A DNA stretch of 16,273 nt from Candidatus Hodarchaeota archaeon (lineage in GTDB: Archaea > Asgardarchaeota > Lokiarchaeia > Sigyniarchaeales > SOKP01), in contig JBHLJY010000037.1 in NCBI GenBank assembly GCA_048887225.1, forward strand, positions 1-16,273, written 5' to 3'. How positions within the stretch are numbered: position 1 is the first letter of the stretch; the number at the start of each line of letters is the position of its first letter. Positions 1-7,353 of this stretch are shown here, one piece after another. The translations under genes and the position numbers were made by a program. The notes beneath the pieces were generated by a model. That model saw nothing but the letters and a program-made list of their open reading frames with translations, was not told the DNA's origin and did no database searches.

Positions 1-1
1 T

Positions 2-271
2 GCCAATAACAACGATAGGGGGATATATTTATTGTGGAGTAGTAGCAACTATATTTCTGGAAACACTTTAAATAACAACGATTTTGGGATAAATTTATTG
101 GTTAGTAATGATAACATCATCTCAGAAAACACCGCAAATAACAACGATTATGGTATATATTTGGAGTATAGTAATGATAACACTGGCACCGGAAACATTC
201 TTAGTGACAACGGGGCTGGTCCATATTATGAGGGACCGAATTGCGACGGCAATGATATAAGTTATTCTTAA
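2..271 (+). CDS. 3' end of parallel beta-helix repeat (NosD/CASH, pectin-lyase-like fold) protein, truncated by the window start
   Basis: The frame is open from position 2 (ANNNDRGIYLLWSSSNYISGNTLNNNDFGINLLVSNDNIISENTANNNDYGIYLEYSNDN...). It has 22-aa GIxL-xxS-xxN-xI-xxN repeats typical of PbH/NosD proteins. The TTG at 32 is not the real start. Confidence 0.88.
   Translation, partial: ANNNDRGIYLLWSSSNYISGNTLNNNDFGINLLVSNDNIISENTANNNDYGIYLEYSNDNTGTGNILSDNGAGPYYEGPNCDGNDISYS
5..202 (+). repeat. Three degenerate 66-bp tandem coding repeats (beta-helix coils)
   Basis: AATAACAACGAT recurs at 5, 71 and 137 (exact 66-nt period), followed by GGnATA(T/A)ATTT and AGTA(A/G)T in each unit. Confidence 0.85.
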
Positions 272-341
272 TAACGGCAGTTTAAACGACGATAATGATA
301 TCCAATTAACGAATTATTCCTAATACAATCAAATTTAACAA

Positions 342-351
342 TTTTTTTTTT
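342..351 (+). terminator. T10 tract, candidate archaeal terminator for the beta-helix gene
   Basis: Ten consecutive T about 70 nt after the stop at 271. U-tracts are the usual archaeal intrinsic termination signal. Confidence 0.45.
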
Positions 352-387
352 ATATCGTTTATAGAATAAACACTATTCCTATAAAAA

Positions 388-516
388 ATGAAAATTCTCC
401 AAAAAAATAAGGAAAAATTATTCTCTTATAATCCTTTTATTATAATTGGTATTTTTGCTATTATTTCAGTGATTTTAATTAAAAAAAGGAATCTTTTCCA
501 AAAGTCTAGAATTTAA
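388..516 (+). CDS. 42-aa micro-ORF or gene remnant resembling a Loki-CTERM-type C-terminal sorting signal
   Basis: Manual translation gives MKILQKNKEKLFSYNPFIIIGIFAIISVILIKKRNLFQKSRI*: an S-Y-N motif, a hydrophobic helix of about 15 aa, then a KKR basic cluster. It is below the ORF-track size cutoff. Confidence 0.55.
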   Translation: MKILQKNKEKLFSYNPFIIIGIFAIISVILIKKRNLFQKSRI

Positions 517-651
517 AACATTTTGTTTTATTTCTATCAATGATGTTCTATAATAGAAGTATGAAAAAATGCTTATTTTATTCTGATATATGATTCTTGT
601 ATGACAAACGACAACCAAAAACTAAATAATCAAGCAATGATATAAAATTAA

Positions 652-657
652 TATAAA
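652..657 (+). promoter_or_regulatory. Candidate TATA box for a leaderless or short-leader transcript of the 561-aa gene
   Basis: TATAAA lies at -31 to -26 from the ATG at 683. The AT-rich background makes this weak. Confidence 0.35.
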
Positions 658-682
658 GGAGTTATAATAGAGAGTTCGAATA

Positions 683-2368
683 ATGGAACAAGTTGCACCA
701 ATATTAGAAAACTTTATTCAGTTATTTAAAGATGATATTTTTAATTTTTACAATAGAAGTTATGGCTATATAAAAGATATTTTAGTTGAGAGAGAGATCA
801 ATTTAAAAAAAAAAACATCGCTAGATAGTGATAAAACGCGCCGTAAAACTATAGAAACGATGTTAGATGCAATTAAATTAGCATTTGTGACTATAGGTGT
901 TCCAAAAAATAAATTATTAGAAGATTTAAAACAATTTAATAATCTTGGGGAAAAAAAAGGTGATGATTATCCTGATTATAATTCTTATATTAAAAGAGAT
1001 TTAAAAGATTATATTGATCAGGTTCTTCTTAATATTTTAATCGAATACTTGATTGATATTAATACCATAAAAATAAAGAATCTAGATCTTTTTGACCTTT
1101 TACCTCGAGGATTTATCAATCGTTTAAAACAATTTAAAAAGGATAAAATTACTTCTTCTGAAATTAAAGATTCCATTAAAGGTTTAATGGTAGAAATAAA
1201 AGATGTTGTTATCCCCAAAGATTTTTTAATTAAGAAAGAAGTAATCGCCGTTAGAGAAGAAAAGGTCGTAAAAATTGGAACTCCAGAGGTAATAAAGCGA
1301 TTTATTAAAAAGAAAAAACTACCCGAAAAAAAGGTGACTCTCCGAGAAGTAGTTGCCCCAAAAGCAACTCCTTCAGAAATAAAAAAGCCCCCTTCAAAAA
1401 AGAAAGTTTTAGTTCAAGAATTAAAACCTCAAAAATTAAGATTTATTGTTCCAGAGAAACCAAAACTTTTCCTTGATTATATTGGAAGGATTTCCCCTAT
1501 TAATTACGATATAATCAATGAATTTAATGTTAAAAAAGATAATTTAATAAATTCAGTGGATGCCAACACCAAATTTCTTAATTTAGAAAATTTATTCTAC
1601 TATATTACTATCTTGAGATTGCTAAATATTGAATTACCTTTAAATTCAAGTGAAATTATTGATATTGCTAAAAACTTCATAAATGGTAAAATTTTTAGCG
1701 CTTCGAAAGATTCTACCCCAGATCCAATTAATAATTTTTTCGGTCTTGCAATTCTTTCAGAATTAAATCTTTTGTATAATAAAAAGATTAAATTCATAGA
1801 TTTTAGAAAAACTCAAATGTTTCTTGAATCCGAATTAAAAGATTTTATACCAGAGAAACTTCATCTAAATTTCTTCACTATATTATGCCTTAAACTACTA
1901 GAAAAAGGTGGGGGTATAATCACAGCTAAAAATCATCTTATAAATCCGATTTTAAGTTTGGATATTTTATCCAGTTTAAAAAATAAAAAAGAGTACAATT
2001 CAATATTTGATATATTCGAACACTTAGCCTGTATAAAACTGCTTGATAAAAATGCTGATCTTAGTCATTTCAAATCATTATATATGAGTGAAATAAAAAA
2101 ATTGAAAGGCTCTAGTGGATTAATTAATGATACAATAACAGACTCAGCTCGAGCTCTTTTAATAATAGATTTACTTGCGTTAAAAAAGGAAGAATTCGCC
2201 ACCTGTCAACATTTACTCAATTATATTATAAAAACAAGATATTTTAATTCAGAGGATCTTAAAAATAAGTTTAATTGGAAGGAAGATAAATTAGCATATA
2301 CTATAGAATTGCGCATGTTATTCTGGAGTCTGCTTGCATGCTCTCAATATAAATTAATTAAAGTTTAA
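683..2368 (+). CDS. Hypothetical protein: helical N-domain, Lys/Pro-rich linker, C-terminal alpha-alpha toroid-like (prenyltransferase-repeat-like) domain
   Basis: 561-aa ORF with a low-complexity KKKKLPEKK...PKATPSEIKKPPSKKK linker. C-terminal segments GKIFSASKDSTPDPINNFFGLAILSEL and SSGLINDTITDSARALLIIDLL resemble degenerate prenyltransferase/squalene-cyclase repeats. The CDS is confident, the domain call tentative. Confidence 0.75.
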   Translation: MEQVAPILENFIQLFKDDIFNFYNRSYGYIKDILVEREINLKKKTSLDSDKTRRKTIETMLDAIKLAFVTIGVPKNKLLEDLKQFNNLGEKKGDDYPDYNSYIKRDLKDYIDQVLLNILIEYLIDINTIKIKNLDLFDLLPRGFINRLKQFKKDKITSSEIKDSIKGLMVEIKDVVIPKDFLIKKEVIAVREEKVVKIGTPEVIKRFIKKKKLPEKKVTLREVVAPKATPSEIKKPPSKKKVLVQELKPQKLRFIVPEKPKLFLDYIGRISPINYDIINEFNVKKDNLINSVDANTKFLNLENLFYYITILRLLNIELPLNSSEIIDIAKNFINGKIFSASKDSTPDPINNFFGLAILSELNLLYNKKIKFIDFRKTQMFLESELKDFIPEKLHLNFFTILCLKLLEKGGGIITAKNHLINPILSLDILSSLKNKKEYNSIFDIFEHLACIKLLDKNADLSHFKSLYMSEIKKLKGSSGLINDTITDSARALLIIDLLALKKEEFATCQHLLNYIIKTRYFNSEDLKNKFNWKEDKLAYTIELRMLFWSLLACSQYKLIKV

Positions 2369-3015
2369 ACAAAATTAAATGGATCTTTTTCTTCTAAATT
2401 AAAAATTGTTAATAGAATATTTCTTACTGTAGGAGTAATTTGACCATTTTTTACAGCATTATTCCATTTCTCTACAAAAATATAATTATTGTTCAAAGAT
2501 TCAATAGTTTTTACACCCAATTGAATCCATTCCTTTTCGTTAATAAGAGGCATATCGACAGCAATTCCAGGACAATATTGCTTTCCTTTTTCTGTATAAC
2601 CCATTTTTATTATGGATTTACTTTTATCTGTTTTATTTAAGAAAATTCTAAATGTAAATGGGAAGGTTCGACAAAAATTTGGTCTTAAATCGTAGATTTT
2701 ACATCTTTTATATTCTTCGTCGTAAAAAATACATGTTCCTGAATCTCTCTTAATGAGTCCTATAAATGCTAATCCCTTTTCTGTTCTTATAGGTGAAACC
2801 ACCATCTTATTAAGATCTTCTGCTTTAGGTTCTTTATCGTAAAGATAAAATCCTAAAATTTCAATAATTTCTTCGAGTGTTAGATTTAAGCCTTTTCCAA
2901 TTCTCAAAATATCTGAATAAGTAACATTCACTAAGGTTTTCTTATCAGTGCAACAATTGCCGCACCGTATACACTTAAATCGAAATTCTTTAGGAGTTTT
3001 TCCTAAATCTTCCAC
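2365..3015 (-). CDS. YkgJ family cysteine-cluster (CxxCxxCC, putative Zn/Fe-chelating) protein
   Basis: FKCIRCGNCC, CIFYD...CKIYDLRPNFCRTFPF and CPGI motifs. GTG at 3015 is preferred as start over TTG at 3036, whose extension is low-complexity YFFYFF. Confidence 0.9.
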   Translation of the reverse strand: MEDLGKTPKEFRFKCIRCGNCCTDKKTLVNVTYSDILRIGKGLNLTLEEIIEILGFYLYDKEPKAEDLNKMVVSPIRTEKGLAFIGLIKRDSGTCIFYDEEYKRCKIYDLRPNFCRTFPFTFRIFLNKTDKSKSIIKMGYTEKGKQYCPGIAVDMPLINEKEWIQLGVKTIESLNNNYIFVEKWNNAVKNGQITPTVRNILLTIFNLEEKDPFNFV

Positions 3016-3099
3016 AAAAAAATAAAAGAAGTACAAATATATTTTATTTTTTAAAAAGTGAATAAATAAATCATGATAAAAGTTAGTGAAATTAGAAAA

Positions 3100-4104
3100 T
3101 TACAGACCTTCTAATTCTTGAGGGAGGTATTTATAAGTCTGTAGAAAACGCTTTCTTATATCTTCAAGAAAATAACTCTGGGTTTGAGCTCCACTAGTTT
3201 CAATAACAAACGAGCCGATTACGGAACCCAAGCGACAAGAATCTAATAAGGTCATATTTAAGGATAAGCCTGTCAAGATACCTGCCCTATAGCCATCCCC
3301 AGCGCCAGTTGTATCCACTATTTTTTCTGGTTTACTAATTGGTATATCAACTCTATAGATGTTATCTTTCTCATCTTTATAGATTAATTCTGAACCAGCT
3401 GATCCTTTAGTTATAATTATTGCTTTCATAAATTTTAATAGCTCTTCTTCTGACATTTCAGTTTTATTCTTTACTTGTTCATTTTCGTATTTATTACCAA
3501 TTAATATATCTGTTTTTTTGATAATGTCAATTAGTAATTCTTTAGGGAATAGTGGGGTCACTTGTCCAGGATCAAATATCTGTGGAATCTTCAAATCATA
3601 TAACTGATGAGCGAAATTGACCATAGCATCTACGCTTTGTGTTGAATTAATCGCATAAATGTAATTTTCCGGATCTCTAATTTTTTCCCTTAAATCAATA
3701 TCCTTACATCTATCCATTGCCCCGCCATGGAAAATAATCATTTGATTAGATTTAACATCGTTTACTATGTAGCATGCTGCTGTAAACAAGTCATCATACA
3801 CATCAACTCCTAAATCTATATTCTCAAACTTCTCAATATGTTCTTTGTATCCTAAACTTTCAAAATCTTTTCCAACAGAACCTAATAAATGAATTTCAGC
3901 AAGATTCAATAAGCCAAGATTATAAGCTATATTACCTGCCGTACCACCAAAATACTGAAAACGACTATCTGCTGTAACGGTACTTTGATATTCTTCTTTT
4001 ACGTGATCAATTGAAACAGCATTAACAAAATTCTCAGCAAATCCCATTATATAATCAAAAGCAATAGAGCCAAGAACTATAACTTTCCGTTTTTGAGGAT
4101 TCAT
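3100..4104 (-). CDS. PfkB/ribokinase family kinase, probably a nucleoside kinase (MJ0406/mycobacterial adenosine kinase-like)
   Basis: GSIAFDYI, FGGTAGNIA, GSVGKDF, FDPGQ, NxxE, TKGSAGS and DTTGAGDGYRAG (PfkB signature 2 with the catalytic Asp). Confidence 0.9.
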   Translation of the reverse strand: MNPQKRKVIVLGSIAFDYIMGFAENFVNAVSIDHVKEEYQSTVTADSRFQYFGGTAGNIAYNLGLLNLAEIHLLGSVGKDFESLGYKEHIEKFENIDLGVDVYDDLFTAACYIVNDVKSNQMIIFHGGAMDRCKDIDLREKIRDPENYIYAINSTQSVDAMVNFAHQLYDLKIPQIFDPGQVTPLFPKELLIDIIKKTDILIGNKYENEQVKNKTEMSEEELLKFMKAIIITKGSAGSELIYKDEKDNIYRVDIPISKPEKIVDTTGAGDGYRAGILTGLSLNMTLLDSCRLGSVIGSFVIETSGAQTQSYFLEDIRKRFLQTYKYLPQELEGL

Positions 4105-4241
4105 ACAAAAACACTTTTTGTTGAGAAATATAATTTAAAATAAAATAAAATCCATTAAATTTATTTTGGGGGGGATAATTAGATAATTTGTTTTAAGCTT
4201 ATACTATTTAATAATCTTTATTTTAAATTTTGCTTCATTTA

Positions 4242-4877
4242 ATGCAAAATATGAAGGATTTATTAGGCTCACTTAAAAATCTCAAAAACAGTGATATAAA
4301 AAATCTAGTTGACTCACGAATAAAGGAATTTGCTAAGATTAAAAACCAATCTATTAATGATATTTTCAAGGAACTTTGTTTCTGCATTATGACCGCCAAT
4401 TGTAGCGCTGATAAGTGTATAGAAATACACGAATGCTTTGAAGATGGTTTCCTGAACCTAAAAGAGTTACAATTAGCGAATAGACTCAAGGATCTCGGTT
4501 ATAGATTTCCAAATGTAAGAGCAAAATATATCGTAAAAGCAAGAAATAATATGAAAGATTTAAAAAATAAAATAAAATCAAACGAAGAAGAGAAACAATT
4601 AAGAGAGTGGTTTGTTAAAAATATAAAAGGATTAGGATATAAGGAAGCCAGTCATTTTCTTAGAAATATAGGCTATAAGAATTATGCTATCATAGATTTT
4701 CATATTGTGGACCTCCTAGCGAGATATAACTTAATTAATAAACCAAAAGTAATGTCAAAAAAGAAATATTTGGAAATTGAAGAATTATTGAAAGATATAG
4801 CAGAAAAATCAGGAATTAATTTAGCCGAGCTCGATCTATATTTATGGTTTTTAGAAACAGGTAAGATTTTAAAATAA
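4242..4877 (+). CDS. ogg: 8-oxoguanine DNA glycosylase/AP lyase (Ogg2, HhH superfamily)
   Basis: ELCFCIMTAN, GYRFPNVRAKYI, HhH motif IKGLGYKEASHFLRNIG with catalytic Lys, AIIDFH catalytic Asp, and C-terminal LDLYLW..ETGKILK ending in the conserved Lys. Start is ATG 4242 or 4251. Confidence 0.93.
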   Translation: MQNMKDLLGSLKNLKNSDIKNLVDSRIKEFAKIKNQSINDIFKELCFCIMTANCSADKCIEIHECFEDGFLNLKELQLANRLKDLGYRFPNVRAKYIVKARNNMKDLKNKIKSNEEEKQLREWFVKNIKGLGYKEASHFLRNIGYKNYAIIDFHIVDLLARYNLINKPKVMSKKKYLEIEELLKDIAEKSGINLAELDLYLWFLETGKILK

Positions 4878-4901
4878 TAGTTTAATATTAAAAAGAGTGT
4901 T

Positions 4902-5186
4902 TTATTTATTGCTTTGAAAAAACTTGTTAATTTGGGTATTTTTACTTTTCTCAGATTCCCGCAACTTATTTTTTAATTGTTTTATCCCGTTGTCGTTCAT
5001 AATTAGGTCTATAACATTTTGATATAGAACGATTATATTATCTTGAGCTAATTTAAAATAAATATCGTTTTCAGAAGGATTACTTATTCTCACAATGTCC
5101 AACAATCCTTTAAGAGCTTTTTTTATGTTATCATAGCTTTTAACTGCTTTTTCAATTGATTCATCGATAGAATTAGGCTTCATCAT
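4902..5186 (-). CDS. Small helical hypothetical protein
   Basis: 94-aa ORF with ATG start preceded by an SD-like GAGGTGG. It fills the gap between convergent ogg and the next gene. Confidence 0.75.
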   Translation of the reverse strand: MMKPNSIDESIEKAVKSYDNIKKALKGLLDIVRISNPSENDIYFKLAQDNIIVLYQNVIDLIMNDNGIKQLKNKLRESEKSKNTQINKFFQSNK

Positions 5187-5194
5187 TTCTTATA

Positions 5195-5201
5195 CCACCT
5201 C
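5195..5201 (-). promoter_or_regulatory. Shine-Dalgarno-like site
   Basis: GAGGTGG on the minus strand, 8 nt upstream of the ATG at 5186, in an otherwise very AT-rich context. Confidence 0.6.
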
Positions 5202-5636
5202 TAGTAGGGAATAAAAGAATAAACTAATAAATTATACCTTATTTTTGCTTTTTTGTTATGATATTACGAAATAAGTTTTTTAGAAAAACTTAAAATCTAA
5301 TACCTGAAAAAAATAGTAAATTTCATATAGAAATAATGACTCTCTCGGTATTTTTATGTATCATTATCGGCAGAAAATAGTCATAATAATTTGCTTAGAT
5401 GTCTGAAAAGGGAAGCTCTTTTAAGAATGGGGATTTTGATATGTAAAACTAGAAATAAGAAATGAACAAATTCGATCATTTTCTGAACTTTTTATGACTT
5501 TTTTAACTGTTTGTATAAAATTAGATTATAAAAATTGGATTATAATAGATTTAAATAATTATTCAAAAATATATTTCCTAAGATTTTATATCATTTTTTA
5601 TTTCAAAGTATAAACCATTAAAAATGATGAGTAAAA

Positions 5637-6134
5637 ATGAGAGATTTCCCAACCTTAGAAATAAAAACAGATGTCAATAGAAATGAATTATTTGCTAATA
5701 TTAATAAAGTAATTCAATTTAACGTACTTGTAAAAAATTTGGGCTCAAAACAAATGCCTAGAGTCTATATCACGCTAAATGGCCCTCCAGAAGTTAAATT
5801 AATCCCAAAAAGAAGAAGTATAGGATCCATACCGCGTGGGAAATTAAGGAAAATGCCTTTTAAAATAAAATCAAGAGTAAATGGTTTATATTGCTTAGAA
5901 GTAGTTGTTACAAGAAATCAAGATGAAATAGCTAAGATTCCTATTGCATTGCTAGTAGGAACTGAAATCCAAGAATCAAAACCTGAACAATCGGTTCAAC
6001 AACCTCAATTGGTATATGATAATCTTGAAACTCAACAAAATCCTCAAGAAGGTTCAAAATTTTGTCCTTTGTGTTTTGCCGAGCTTAACGTAGATGCAAA
6101 AACTTGTACCGTTTGTAAAAGTGAAATCAATTAA
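5637..6134 (+). CDS. Ig-like (CARDB/NEW3-like) domain plus C-terminal zinc-ribbon protein
   Basis: The beta-sandwich pattern FNVLVKNLGS...VYITL...IGSIPRG...FKIK...GLYCLEVVV is followed by a Q/P-rich linker and CPLC-x10-CTVC. Confidence 0.8.
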   Translation: MRDFPTLEIKTDVNRNELFANINKVIQFNVLVKNLGSKQMPRVYITLNGPPEVKLIPKRRSIGSIPRGKLRKMPFKIKSRVNGLYCLEVVVTRNQDEIAKIPIALLVGTEIQESKPEQSVQQPQLVYDNLETQQNPQEGSKFCPLCFAELNVDAKTCTVCKSEIN

Positions 6135-6221
6135 ATACTAAATTAGAGTTAAAAATATCTTCTTTCTTAATTAAAATCTAATAAAAGCAAGTAATAGAAA
6201 AAATTTGTTTAAAAATATTTG

Positions 6222-7286
6222 TTATTTCAATAATAGATCCCAGTTAATAAATTTATCAACAAAATCTAAGACTAAATGTATTTCGTCTTTTTGAATTCCC
6301 GGCTTTAATCTTTCCATATTTCTTATGGTCGTATATGTGTCGGAAGGCGATAGAATGATAGGTATATTCTTTTCATTCGCAGCAGTAATAACGCTAAGAT
6401 CAGGTTGAATATACCCTGTTAAAATTAAACACGAAACTTCTTGGTTTAATGCGGCTAAAGCTAAATCTACACGGTCACCCCCTGTAACAACAGCAGCTTT
6501 TTTAACTTGTCGCAGATATTTTAACGCTGCTTGAGGATTCATAGCACCTATGATATATGTTTCGACTCTATTATCTAGACCTGACGCTGCTGCATCATTT
6601 ATAAATTCACCCCCAATAGATTCTTTGATTTCAGATACGCGTGGTGAAAATAATTCAAGGCTTTGTTCTATTATTCCAATAACGGGTATATTATATCTTC
6701 TAATGTGATTTTCTTCTAATTCTTCAATTCGAGCAATGTAATCAAATTGTATCATATTAAAAAGGACTCCCTTAAAATTAATATGCCTAAAATCAAAATA
6801 GTTCTTTGTAAAAAATAGGTTATCTATGCATTTGTCTGAGGATTCAATTGATATGTAAATTAAATCGTTAATTCCTAATGATTGAGCGATGGTGACATCA
6901 TCCAATCCAACTCGAATAAATTTTCTAATACTCGGTGCGCCTTCTATAATAATATATTCCATTTCTGCTGAAATTTCTGCATACGCTGCTTTTATTTTAT
7001 TTAAATGCTCTATTTTTTGGTTTGCATCGACTAAATCTACATAATAGCAATCAGGAATAGAAACAGGACTTACAATTTCGTAAGGCTTAGAAGTGATAAA
7101 TATAGTACTTAAGATAAAACCTACATCAGGGTCGGATTTGCTAGAATATGCTCCTTTCGGGATACCGATTGGTTTGAAATATGCCACTTTTTTGCCCATA
7201 TTCTGTAATTTTTGCATAATTCCTATAGAAAGAAGACTTTTTCCTACTCGTTCTCTCAGAGAACATAAATAAATTGGTATTACCAT
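6222..7286 (-). CDS. Phosphotransacetylase N-terminal-like protein (BioD-like AAA_26 plus DRTGG domains, no Pta catalytic domain)
   Basis: N-terminal VGKS P-loop, YFKPIG and IIIEGA motifs. C-terminal IGAM...AVVTGGDRVDL...LILTG...PIILSPSDTY DRTGG domain. Confidence 0.9.
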   Translation of the reverse strand: MVIPIYLCSLRERVGKSLLSIGIMQKLQNMGKKVAYFKPIGIPKGAYSSKSDPDVGFILSTIFITSKPYEIVSPVSIPDCYYVDLVDANQKIEHLNKIKAAYAEISAEMEYIIIEGAPSIRKFIRVGLDDVTIAQSLGINDLIYISIESSDKCIDNLFFTKNYFDFRHINFKGVLFNMIQFDYIARIEELEENHIRRYNIPVIGIIEQSLELFSPRVSEIKESIGGEFINDAAASGLDNRVETYIIGAMNPQAALKYLRQVKKAAVVTGGDRVDLALAALNQEVSCLILTGYIQPDLSVITAANEKNIPIILSPSDTYTTIRNMERLKPGIQKDEIHLVLDFVDKFINWDLLLK

Positions 7287-7353
7287 TTTTATTTCAATTT
7301 TTTTTTTCTTATTTTTATTTTTATTTTATCTAATTTTTTATTTTAAGAATTTT

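Noticed and set aside
5-325. AAC-rich repeats as a diversity-generating retroelement TR/VR pair, or as a CRISPR array
   Set aside because: Mismatches are not confined to adenines, there is no reverse transcriptase or cas gene in the window, and the repeats are in-frame Asn-ladder codons.
535-592. Possible C/D box sRNA (ATGATGT...CTGA with TATCA/TGATA ends, containing palindrome TTCTATAATAGAA)
   Set aside because: Box C is imperfect, there are no convincing D'/C' boxes, and the guide segments are almost pure A/T.
586-645. Possible eukaryote-like lokiarchaeal SECIS (ATGA...TGAT)
   Set aside because: The stem above the core pairs poorly and no gene in the window shows an in-frame TGA at a Cys-equivalent position.
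5624-5630. Perfect box C sequence ATGATGA
   Set aside because: There is no downstream CTGA at a suitable distance, and it abuts the start of a CDS.
7287-7353. TTTTTA-type short repeats as a functional repeat element
   Set aside because: This is a low-complexity AT spacer with no regular unit.
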